From assembly GCF_001194135.2 (NCBI RefSeq), contig NC_068994.1, forward strand, positions 40,089,033-40,146,486: a DNA stretch of 57,454 nt, given 5' to 3'. The first letter of the stretch is position 1. Each line of letters starts with the position of its first letter. The notes under the pieces are model-generated. The model ran no database searches, had not been told where the DNA came from, and worked only from the letters and a program-made list of their open reading frames with translations. This DNA comes from Octopus bimaculoides (taxonomy: Eukaryota). Below, one piece after another: positions 46,407 through 57,454 of the stretch. The translations under genes were made by a program, and so were the position numbers.

Positions 46407-47299
46407 TACTAGGGACTAAACTAAGCAAAATTTAATGAACTACAAAACCCAAACACTTACAGACTGCTAAAAATCCAATTCCCAACCTACCGCATTCCAT
46501 ATTTAATTTATTTCAACAATTAGAATTTTCAGATTGTCTCCTTTTTCTTTTATCAGAATTAATTATTTTGACGATGCTCACTCCATGCCCTAAAGATATA
46601 ATTGTCATGAATTAGAATTTCTTTGCTTACTGCATCAAGTATGCTAACTCCTACTTTAGTTTATAAGTTCTCTTGCAACAAACATTCCTGGGTATTTTAC
46701 CAGAGGCATTCCCTTTAAGTTACATCACTACTCTCTATTCATTAGCAAAAATCCTATATCGTTCTCTGGTTTTCAAAGATCTGCATCAGCAGTCCAACTA
46801 CACCTTGCTGAGGGGTTTTAACAAAACTGAAATACTTCAAGAGTTTTCATCACACTGCTAGAGATTAGATTTATTCCATATATGATTAATTTCAATTTAT
46901 TAAAATTTGCAGGTTTTTGTCCTTGCCTTTTTTGACCAGACTTAATCATTTAGAAAATGATTATTCTCATCATTAAATATATAGTTAGTTAATTAAAAAA
47001 TCTTGGCTTACTACATCATGTATACTAGCACCAACTTTGCTATGATGTAGCTTATCACATACTTATTGACAATACCAACCAATATTTACAGTATTTTTGT
47101 TTGTTTGCTTGGTTTTCAAAATATTGATTTTTTTTCGGTGTATAAGCAGGATAAAAATTAAATTATAATTATTATATAATTGAAAGAAACAAACAGATGA
47201 ATGCAAAATTCTGGCAGTATGTCTCCATCTAGCTTCTTTATTTGTTTCATCATTCAATTCAAAGCAGCAGTGAAAAGTCGGTTATTCTTACTTTCTCTA

Positions 47300-47800
47300 T
47301 TCATCTTTCTCTATTAGCTTCTATCTATCTATCTATCTATCTATCTACCTACCTCTCTATCTATCTATCTATCTATCTACCTCTCTATCTACCTCTCTAT
47401 TTATCTATCTATCTATCTATCTATCTATCATTCTATCTATCTATCTATCTATCTCTGTCTGTCTGTCTATCTACCTATCTATCTGTCTGTCTGTCTATCT
47501 GTTAATATCTCTTTGTTTATCTATCCATCCCTCTATCTATATCATCCATCTGTCCATCAATCTATTGAATTAACTATCTATCCATCTACCTCTCTATATG
47601 TCTATCTATCTATCTATCTGTCTGTCTAGCCATTTATCTATTTGTGTGTCCATTTCTATCTATCTATCTGTCTGTCTAGCCATTTATCTATTTGTGTGTT
47701 CATTTCTATCTATCTATCTGTCTCTCTGTCTGCCTACTTGTCTGTCTTTCTGTCTGTCTATCTATCAATCTGTCTATTTATCTATCTATTCATCTGTCAC
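47300..47800. repeat. (TATC)n/(TGTC)n tract with a higher-order ~50-bp tandem unit near 47600-47720
   Basis: ctgtctgtctagccatttatctatttgtgtgt occurs twice about 50 bp apart. Confidence 0.85.
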
Positions 47801-48129
47801 TTCTTTTGGTACCAGTTCTCACATGCATGGAATCCCATGCTGTTATGACCACCAGTATTATAATATATGATAAAATTTAAATAGTTACAAAAAAAAAAAA
47901 AAAAAAAAAAAAAAATAGAACAGCAAAAATTATAACAGATAAGAGCGGCATAGTGTGAATTTGTGAGAGAAATGGAGAAATATTGCATGAATAAAAAGCT
48001 ATAAAACTATATCGAATGCTGATGATGGTAGTATGATGTTGGTGACAGTGACAGTAGCAACATCAGTGACGAAGATGAAGTATTCAGACATTAAATAAAA
48101 CTAACAGTAAAAAAGTAATAATAATAATG

Positions 48130-48178
<49 letters not shown>

Positions 48179-48639
48179 ACAAGTACTGATTCAAAATACC
48201 CAGAAGTCAAATATATCACATGTGTCCTATTATCCACTGTTACACTTCTAATGTGATAAATCTAATTCTGCTTTTAAGCTTAGGAATCAATCTTTTTAGA
48301 GGTGTGTATGCCTAAAAGCAACTTTTTAATAAATCATAGTCATGAAATCACTGGTTAAAAGAAATAACAAAGTTAAAGCTGCAACTTCAAATTATTGGCT
48401 ATTAATAAAAACTTTAAATATTCATAGTAGATATCAATTTTTGAGAAGCGGCGTAAGTTAAACTCATAGTTTTCAAATATTTAATTGCTTGTACGACTTA
48501 TAATATTGAAACCATGTCGTTTTAATTGTCATGGACGTTGATATGAACTGGGTTTCAAAAGCTACCAAGAATCTTGTACATATGACTTCAAAAATCTTCA
48601 AAACTTTTCTCTTTGCTTGTAATTAACTGGTTTTAAATT

Positions 48640-48990
48640 TTAGCACAAGGCCAGCAATTTGGGGGGGGGAATAATTCAACCCCCAGTGTTTAACTGGTAC
48701 TTATTTGATCAAACCTCAGCAGATAGAGATGGACGATATACCAATAAGTATTTTTTCCCAGTGTGTTAATAATTTTGCTACCTCGCCACCTTCCATACGT
48801 TTGTAATTCATTGAAAGCACTTTTTGTTGGCTGTAGAAGTGCATGGGGTAATGATTATGGTGTTAAGCTTGTGAGCATAAGGTCATGAGTTCAATTTCTG
48901 GGCTGACTGGTGTATTGCCCCTTTGAGCAAAGTGCTTCACTTCATGCTAGCAGTCTACTTGGCTGTTATGAGTACCAGCTGGGTATTGGT
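48640..48990. mobile_element. SINE C fragment (minus, 48640-48790) and SINE B head (plus, 48845-48990)
   Basis: gcacaaggccagcaattt...ccccagtg..taactggtacttattt; gagttcaatttctggg...tgagcaaagtgcttcac. Confidence 0.55.
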
Positions 48991-49177
48991 GCAGTAGCCC
49001 TCTCTCCTTCCAATTGTCACATCCCTGATATTCTATTGGTTCAAGATTGAAGGCATGGAGCCAAGTTGATGTCTGCATCTGCTCATGAGAGTGTAGATAC
49101 TTAAAACAATTATTGAAAACATAGTAAATGCTATGAAGCCATACTTAATTAAGGCAACTGGCTTCTTTTTTTTTTTG

Positions 49178-49517
49178 TGGGCATGGCTGTGTGGTTAAGA
49201 AGCTTGCTTTGTAACCACATGGTTACAAGTTCAGCCCCACTAAATTGCATCTTGGGCAAGTGTCTTCTGCTATAGCCCTAGGCTGAGGAATCCCTAGTGA
49301 GAGAATTTAGTAGATGGAAACTGTGTTGAAACCATCATATATATGTGTGTGAGTGTGTGCCTTCGTGTTTGTCCCCTCCACCACTTGACAACTAATGTTG
49401 GTTTGCTTATGTCCCCAAAAAGACCAATAGAATAAGTATCAGACATAGAAACAAGTACTGGTGATGATTCCTTCAACTAAACCCTTTAAGGCAGTCCTTT
49501 AGCATGACAGCAGCCAA
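49178..49517 (+). mobile_element. SINE family A
   Basis: gggcatggctgtgtggttaagaagcttgc head to gaaacaagtaaaag tail. Confidence 0.85.
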
Positions 49518-51074
49518 ATGTCTGAAACAAGTAAAAGCCTATACTTTTCATAAAATATGTCTCATATGAGTCAGTAAAACAAAAAGGGTTACAAAGCTAT
49601 CCTACCAAACAGTTGTGTCTTTGGAATAAAAGTAATCACCTTAATATAGTATTACTGGGCTTCCTGGTTTTAGAAGAAAATAATAAAATTTGTCTGTTAT
49701 GTAGTTACTATATAAATGAAGTATAGATATCCTTATTATAAAAGATTCTGATACTAAATTTGATGAGATAAGTGGTAGAACATTTTTCATAGAAAATAAT
49801 TATGAGATAAAAAAAAAATCAATCTTTTTATCTTACCAAAATGTTCTGTGATAACACAATTTTAGAATCAATAAGCTAAAGTCTTGATGAAGACTAAAAG
49901 GAATCGTCTTAATATTGTTTAAGCTTGCTGGTATTAATTTTGAAATAGAATAAAGACTAACATAATAAATTATGAAAGAGAAAGAAAAAGTTATTAATGC
50001 CAAAGGCGCTATATAATATATGTGTGATAGAAGTATCATATGATGTAGCACATAAAATAGAGGAGAGCTTTAATGATGACAAAGATATATAAAAGAAACA
50101 GGAGTTATCTATAATGTAAAGTTCAGTAAGTTAAATTGAGTTAAAAAGAGCTAAAATGACAGTTTGCATTTAAAGACATGATATATTGCTTGTACAAAAG
50201 AAGATGGGTATTAACAAAGTGAGTATGGGGGAGGGAATGACTGGTGTGTAGAGGGGAGAAATGAATGAATAAGCAAAATAAAAGAACAATAACTGAAGTA
50301 GAAAGAATTTAAAAGAATACTGTATGCTAAGTGATCAAGGACTAAGAATAAGATTAATTGAAAAGGGAAATTGTGTTGGGAAAAAAAAAATATCATTAAA
50401 GTACATTTTGCTAAGAACTAAGAATTTCTATTTTCTATTCAACACAATTGTTTTTTCTTTGTTTTGTTTTTTTTTTTGCTGCTTGTTTTTTTCTTTTTTC
50501 ATTTAATTTCTTATTATATGTTGGTATAAGTTAACTATATTTTATAGTCTATTTGCTGACGCTGCTATTAATGAAACTTTGATGCCATAATCATCTTGGT
50601 TAAAAATTAAATCCCCACCACCAGAAATTTGTTCATGTGAATTTAAAGTCATTTACAACTTTGACATATTTTACAGAATTTTTTTCTTTTTTTGATATTA
50701 TAAATACATTCTTATAATTTTTTTTTAAAAGAGAAACCTATCACTGAGCAAAAATACCTGCATATTTTCATTTCAATTTAGCATGAAGGCAAACACAAAT
50801 ACATATAATTAGTCAATTACCTGAATGGAGTTATTTATTTAAATTATTATACTATATATCACATTTCCAGTTGGTCAATCATTCGTTCGCTGTATGTCTG
50901 ACGGAAAGAATGAAACTTGGTTGAAAAAATGCTCATACATACATGCACATATATATAATATATATATATGTTTGTATATGACTGCATGTGTACATGTATA
51001 TGTGTGAGTGTCGGTTTGTCTGTGTCTCTGTGTGTCTGTCTGCCTGTGTGTATGTGTGTGTGTGTGTACTGCCA

Positions 51075-51345
51075 GAGACTACAGCAGAAGACACTTGTTT
51101 GAGATAGCACAGAGTGAGACTGAGCTCCAAACCATGTGGTTCACAGTCGTGCCTGCACCTTTATATATACACATACATACACATGGTTGGCGTTAGGAAG
51201 GGCATCCAGCTGTAGAAACACTGCCAGATCAGACTGGAGCCTGGTGCAGCCTCCTAGCTCCCAGACCCCAGTTGAACCGTCCAACCCATGCCAGCATGGA
51301 AAACAGACATTAAATGATGCTGCTGCTGCTGCTGATGATGATGAT
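51075..51345. mobile_element. SINE A head (minus, 51075-51160) next to an RTE-family tail (plus, 51184-51345)
   Basis: agaagacacttg...ccatgtgg; ggttggcgttaggaagggcatccagctgtagaaac...(GAT)n. Confidence 0.75.
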
Positions 51346-51929
51346 GATAACTCATGCCAGCATAGAGAGCGAACATTAAGTGATGATGATATATTGGTGT
51401 ATATAATCGTCTCCTCCATGTATTGAACTAGGATATGGTGTTTAAACATCAAAAACCTGTACTTAGCAAAAAAGTCCCTTGAAATATTTATTCTGCATCG
51501 AATTACAGTTACTTTTGCAATCAGAAACTCAGTGAACTTGTGGTTATCCCATTGAAAACCTAGAACCACAGACATAATCATTTGCCAGAAGCAATATTAC
51601 CCATATCATTTAAAATAACAACCATTCAATTCTGCATTTGGTTCCACAGAATGGTATCTTAGCAAAATTTCTCCTCTCATAGCCAAGGGTTGAACAATGC
51701 CTTGTGAATGGAATTTAATTGCTGCTGTAGGTTACACCTAATTAAGCAGACTTGTACTAAAAGCTGTTCCAACTGTGGCCAGCATGACTTTTTTGATATG
51801 AGGAACAATATCTTTCATTACATTTATTTAAGATTAACAGAGTAATTTGAAGGTGATTTGGTTGCTATTTCTAACATATAAAGGGAACTATGTAAAGATT
51901 CTTTCTGATAGTATAGCTGCCTCTACTGT

Positions 51930-52230
51930 TATTAGCACTCCATTAGTTATGAGTTGCTTCGATCAACGGAATAACCTGCACATGAAATTAACATGCAAGT
52001 AGCTGATCACTCCACAGACACATGTGCCCTTAATGTAGTACTCAGCCTGATACAGAAAGTGACAAGGCCGGCCCTTTGAATTATGGGTACAACTCATTTT
52101 TGCCAGCTGAGTGAACTGGAGCAACATGAAATAAAGTGTCTTGCTCAAGGACACAATGCACCACTGGGAATTGAAATCATGACCTTACAATCATGAGCCA
52201 GTTACTCTAGCCACTAAGCCATGCACCTTA
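51930..52230 (-). mobile_element. SINE family B head with a second, longer tail
   Basis: 52095-52230 matches the family B head; 51930-52095 differs from the 34934 tail but matches 37330-37420. Confidence 0.75.
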
Positions 52231-52866
52231 ACTACTGCTGTTATTGTGTTATTGCTATTGTTGTTTAGTTCCTGATGAAAGATATTGCAGATGTGCTCAT
52301 CTTATCATACATCCTCAGGAGCTAAGGCTCAATATCCAACCTGTCCTTCCTCTTTTTGAGACTGTGGAATGAAGTTTGAGAAAGAATTCGTTCCTGTTTC
52401 AAAAATGTTGTACAGTTACAAGGAAAGTGGAATTTGGTAGACAGATACTTAATCCCTTTGTCTGTCCTTGTTTGTCCCCTCTATGTTTAGCCCCTTGTGA
52501 GCAATAAAGAAATAAGATACAATGTGAAAACCTATTTCATCATTGTTTCTCTGTTGAACTTCCTGTTAATTGTGTGTGTGTGTGTGCGCATGACAGACTT
52601 CTACAGTTTTATGTAGAAAACTTTGACTTACATTTGTCAATCTGAGCATTTGCATGCAATGGGCTTGAACCTATAAATCCTATCATACACTAGTTTGTCA
52701 GAAATGATTATTTTTCCCTGTCATTTGTGTTTGCATCCATACTTAATTTCAAAAAAAAAGATATGCATATAAATGTTTCCATTGTAGGTAAGAAATAAAA
52801 TGTAATCCATAATATTAATAGCTCTTTAAATTAAAAGATTTCATTTTTTTGAAAAAGGTCAAAGAT

Positions 52867-52875
52867 ACTCACCTG
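52867..52875 (-). other. Splice donor CAG|GTGAGT ending the protocadherin exon (phase 0, after Gln774)
   Basis: Perfect consensus donor; exon ends at 52873. Confidence 0.75.
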
Positions 52876-55194
52876 ATGTGTCCCCTTTTTCAGCGTTTGG
52901 CTATGAATTTCTATGATTGATTGTGTCCTGCTTTGACTTGACTCCTGCTTGGAGGACATTTGTTTAGCACATAAATATTCAGTTTGTCTGTTTTCATCCA
53001 TAAGATTGTTTGATGGTTCTAAAACTGTCCGATGAATAGCATTCCGTTGGTTGCTTCTTCTAACAATGCACACCGTTATTGAAATAACTAACAAAACAGA
53101 TACTGTCACTGCTGCCACTATGATTATGATAAAGAGGTTGATATGTATTTTGGCATCTGATTGCAAATGCACTGCTGTCAACAACTTGGATGTGGTATTA
53201 CTAACAGATAATGTCAAGGATAAAGTAGTTGTTGCTGATAAAACAGGTGTACCACTATCTTTGACTGATAGCTCAAGATTATATGTTCCTGCATCATTTT
53301 GGTAGACTGTTCGTGAGAAAGACAAAACACCAGTGTACGGATTAACTTTAAATAACATTCTACCATTACCTCCAAATATTTCATATCTCAGAAAAGCATT
53401 CTGACGACTGTCTCTATCAGAAGCTCTCAGAACTGTAATGTCATTTTTGCTTTGAGGTTGATAGTAAACATCAAGGCTGAAAGGATCTACACTGGGGAAA
53501 ATAAAGTAAGGAGCATTGTCATTTTCATCCATAACTTCAACTATAACATTTGCTGTGTTGTTTAATGAAGGAGTTCCATTGTCTTTTACTAACACTTTAA
53601 ATTCATACACCTCCTGCTGTTCATGGTCTAATGGCTGAGTAGTTGAGATAAATCCAAAATTTGAAATTTGAAATGGAAGAATGCGTTTATTAGTTCCTAA
53701 TAATGAGTAAGACAGTTGACCTCCAGAACCCAAATCTGGGTCAGTAGCGTTGATGAATCCCACAGGGAAATCAGTTTTTTCATTTTCATAGGTAAGAAAC
53801 TTAAAGGTATCTTTAGTAAAGTGAGGTTGTACATCATTTGCATCCATAACTTTAATAAAAAATCTTTTTTCTGTCTTTAAAGGTGGAGATCCATGATCTT
53901 CACAAGTAATTATGAAATCTAGTTTGTTTTTAGTTTCTCTATCAACAATAGCTTTTACTATTACCTTATATCTTTTTTCACCAAGTCCCTTTAATTGTAG
54001 GTTTTCATGAAATAATTTACAAGTTACTTTGCCATTGTTCCCTATGTCATTGTCAGTAACTTTGACATAAGCAATAAAACTGCCAACTTCAGTTTCCTCA
54101 GATATGATGGCTGTATTTCCAGTTAACTCTGAAAAGTTAACATCTATTGTAGGAGCATTATTTTGTTTGTCCATAACATTTACCAATACAGTTGCTATTG
54201 AACTGAGAGGGGGAATTCCTCCATCTCTAGCTTCAATAAACAACTTGTAAGTTTTCTTCACTTGTTTGAATTTTTCATCTAAAAATATCTCACCAGTATT
54301 TTCATTCAATTTGAAATAAGATTTGGCAGTATCGGATGTTTTTGAACTGAAGTGAAAGGAAATTTTACCATTTCTATTGGCATCTAAATCATTTGCAGAC
54401 AATATTACAATTGGTGTCCTTTTTAGAGTTCTATTATTAATAGTAACATAATATATACTCTGGGCAAAAACCGGTTGGTTATCATTGATGTCGCTGACTG
54501 TTATTTGAACATTCAAAACACCTTCTTTTGGTGGAGAACCACCATCTTTGGCAATAACTTGTAACATGTAAGTGTCTTTTTTCTCTCTGTCTAATTTATT
54601 TTCTAAAGTAATTCCAAGAGAGTATGATCCGTCGGCTCTTTTAGAAACAGCTAGCTTAAATGGGTTATGCTCACTATTTTTCAACTCATAGGTGATTTGA
54701 GAATTTAATATACCAACATCGCTATCAATAGCATTGGGTATTGATTTAGTCATTCCTTTCCCATCCCCTTCATCAAACTGAACATTGATTTGTTTGACAG
54801 GAAACTGAGGCTGATGGTCATTGACGTCTTCTATTATTACTTTGATTTCTAAGATCTTAATAAAAGATTTTGCTTTTCGTACTGCAATATCTACCATTTT
54901 AAAACACTCAGTATTGTATTTACAAAGAGACTCAGCATCCAGCGGTTGAGAAGTGTACAATTTTCCTCTTTCAGAGACATTGAATAACTGAGAACTGCCT
55001 GTAATATCTTTTTGTAGTTGACTGAATCGTATCAAACTGTGGTCATTGAAAGATATAGTTTCCATCAAATGTGTGTTAACGCCAATATCCCCAAGATAAG
55101 TACCAGGTAGGCTACCTTCTTTAACATGGTATGTAAAATCTACACACAAGCATGTATGTAGATAAAACAATACCAAACAAGCAGTAATCCACAT
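52873..55194 (-). CDS. Protocadherin, cephalopod-type: signal peptide, EC1-EC6, TM, proximal cytoplasmic region (unspliced ORF would run to the stop at 52831, 787 aa)
   Basis: Uninterrupted ORF; six cadherin repeats with DVNDHQP, DINDNQP, DANDVQP, DENDNAP linkers and DRE/DxD/DGG motifs; EC1 C-x5-C (CKYNTEC); TM LFIIIIVAAVTVSVLLVISITVCIV then RR; whole ectodomain in one exon. Paralog identity not recognisable. Confidence 0.96.
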
Positions 55195-55257
55195 ATCTCC
55201 ATAAACGTGAGAGCAAAAATATTGAAAGATGTTTCAGTGCTGAAAGGTTAATAAGCT

Positions 55258-55285
55258 CTGAAAAAGAAAAAGAAAATTCATACAA
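55258..55285 (-). other. Splice acceptor TTTTCTTTTTCTTTTTCAG| ahead of the protocadherin coding exon (exon starts 55257; 63-nt 5' UTR part)
   Basis: Strong polypyrimidine tract and CAG; implies an upstream non-coding exon. Confidence 0.75.
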
Positions 55286-56464
55286 TTACACATACAGAAA
55301 ATAATTCAGAAGCTGATACATATGTAATACATTTGAGAAAATATCGTTACTGCAGATGACTTATATGGTAATGAAAAATGCTCTTTCTCGATAAGAAGGG
55401 AAGAAATGTACTAACATTATCAAAAAGAATTTTAATTAAACAACACTAAATTTATAGGTTTTAGCTGCCTTAATATAATAAAAACATATATATATATACA
55501 TCACACAATAGCAATAGTAAGCTGAAATTTGATGAAAAAAAAAATAAATAAAATACATGCATACACACATAACATTCATAAGATCTAAGCAAGTGAAATC
55601 ATGCAAAGAGGAAAAGAAAAAAGCTATAAAAAGACAACCAGCGAAGAGACTTGTTAATAGAAATTGGATTGGTGTATATTTTTTCATCTTTCTAACATTT
55701 TTTTCAAGATAGCCACAAAAGGTTGCAAGAGAAACACTAAAATATTAATCTTGTCTTTGAAAAATGTCAAATAAATAACTTTTTCCAAGTTCACTGGCTT
55801 AACAGTAAAAGAAGTGGCACCATGAAGCCTCTAAGGACATAATGAATTATAGATACAACTAGATTCATGACATGAACACAAGATAATGTCAGAAAGTGTC
55901 CTTTCTCTTTCTTTCTGTTTTTCTCTCTCTCTATCTCTTTCTATCTCCCTCTTCTTCTCACTCTTGCTCTTGCACTGTCTCTTTCTTCACCTTTACTACA
56001 AGTCTCTTTTCTTCTACACTTGCTTACATTATATCACCACCCCAACACTTAGACCTACCTAATTCAGACTTCTCTTCCTTCTAACAGCTCTGTTGAGTCT
56101 CATTTTTCATACCCAATAGTAAATATTTTGCCTTTACTTTCCTTCCCAGAAATATTAACCTCCAGCAATTCTAGGTGAACATTATCTGTAAGAACTACAC
56201 TAGGTTATCACTACAGCCCTCCCTGTCTCCCACCAAACACACACACACACTCTCACCTCCACACTGCCCAATCACCCACAAACTCTTCAAGAGCTAAAAA
56301 GGTGATGGTCACCCACACTACTCTCCAGATGCCAAATTTATTATCTTTACTCAAAATAAAGAAAGACTTGGCACATGAACATTTATCTTCTGGCTTTTAA
56401 ATGATAAAATGTAAAAATCACTCAAAAGCCATCTGTAATCTTCTGAAATATCGATTTCTGACAT

Positions 56465-56650
56465 AAGCACAAATTTGGGAGCCAGATAGCATCAATTAGA
56501 TTGACCCCAGTGTTCGACTGGTACTTATTTTATTGTCCCTGACAGAACAACGTGTAAAAACCAGCCTTGGCAAAACTTGAACCCAGAATATAAAGATATG
56601 CAACTATATACAGCATTTTGCCTGCCATTCTAATGATTCCCTCAACCCAC
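56465..56650 (-). mobile_element. SINE family C, diverged
   Basis: gattgaccccagtgttcgactggtacttattttatt...aaaacttgaacccagaat. Confidence 0.65.
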
Positions 56651-57009
56651 CAACCTGAAACATTAAAATCTTCTATAAATAACTAAATATCTCACATATC
56701 TTAATTTTTATATTTCTGAACTCTTTGAAACTAATATTTGTTTTCTATCGACTTTTTTCCCTTTTTTCCCAAGAATAATTTACCAAAAGGGCTTCTAAAA
56801 TGGAACAGAAGGTTTATACGCATTTAAAGTGCACAAACAATGCACAAATGCAACAAACAATTAAATATAAAAGCAAATATGCATTGTAATTGCATATGAA
56901 TGTTTTTAAATGTCATTAATCATATTCAAATTTAGAATACAACAATAATTCCCTCATAATAATAGAAGACTGAAGGAAAATATTAACTACAAAAGAAAAT
57001 TAAGAATAA

Positions 57010-57278
57010 TGATGGTGGTGGTGGTGGTGGTGATGGTGGCGTTGGTGGTGGTGGTGGCGTTGGTGGTGGTGAAGCAGATTTACTCAAGATACAATGAATT
57101 TACAATTGTGAAGTTGGAAATAAACAATACACAAGATTCAAACAAACAATAGACACAAAATAGATTTCATTATGATCAGGCTAACAATAATAATAATAAA
57201 AATAATAAAAAAAGCACATTATGAGAAACTCAAAACCAAAACCAAAGAGATAAAATAATAGTAAATGATCAATAAAAC

Positions 57279-57309
<31 letters not shown>

Positions 57310-57330
57310 TGATGATAATGATGATAATAA
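57010..57330. repeat. (GGT)n, (TAA)n and (TGA)n trinucleotide tracts
   Basis: Directly visible. Confidence 0.85.
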
Positions 57331-57454
57331 TTGCATATGTGATGTGGGTACAAAAAAATAGTCACATTTAAAAAATAATGATAAACATATATATGAAGAG
57401 AAAAATTTGCAACAAAAGATATAATTATAGTGTACATAGACAACAAATAAAGAA

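Noticed and set aside
49837-49875. 39-nt phase-0 micro-exon LIDSKIVLSQNIL with AG and GTAAGA
   Set aside because: Weak acceptor in T-rich DNA; such matches are expected by chance in 50 kb and nothing else supports it
55261-57454. First exon or promoter of the protocadherin (for example donor GAG|GTGAGA near 56252-56258)
   Set aside because: Several donor-like sites exist and none can be singled out without transcript data
1-57454. CRISPR arrays, rRNA genes, functional tRNA genes, a second protocadherin
   Set aside because: No repeat-spacer pattern or rRNA similarity; tRNA-like boxes are all SINE heads; no other cadherin motifs found in any frame

Overview
AT-rich, microsatellite-dense animal DNA with nine N-gaps; the SINE/LINE content and the protocadherin type point to an octopus genome (inference, species not determinable). 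The only clearly intact host gene is a cephalopod-type protocadherin on the minus strand: one ~2.4-kb exon (splice acceptor at 55258-55259, ATG 55194, phase-0 donor after 52873) encoding a signal peptide, six cadherin repeats, a TM helix and the start of the cytoplasmic tail. The ~52 kb downstream of it is intron or intergenic space filled with three tRNA-headed SINE families, decayed RTE-clade LINEs, a CR1-like 3' end, Penelope-like remnants, an internally deleted DD37D (maT) transposon, several MITE/foldback elements and simple repeats. I cannot demonstrate a new biological system from sequence alone. The best leads are: a degenerate EC3-EC4 calcium junction and an overlapping uORF in the protocadherin; candidate downstream exons; three hammerhead-like cores (two in Penelope context); a 187-bp nearly loop-less foldback; a telomere-repeat palindrome; an RTE insertion with twin-priming geometry; a PHD finger inside an RT domain; and a modular double-hairpin LINE 3' UTR. 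Repeat boundaries were read by eye and are approximate (about +/-10-20 bp unless stated).
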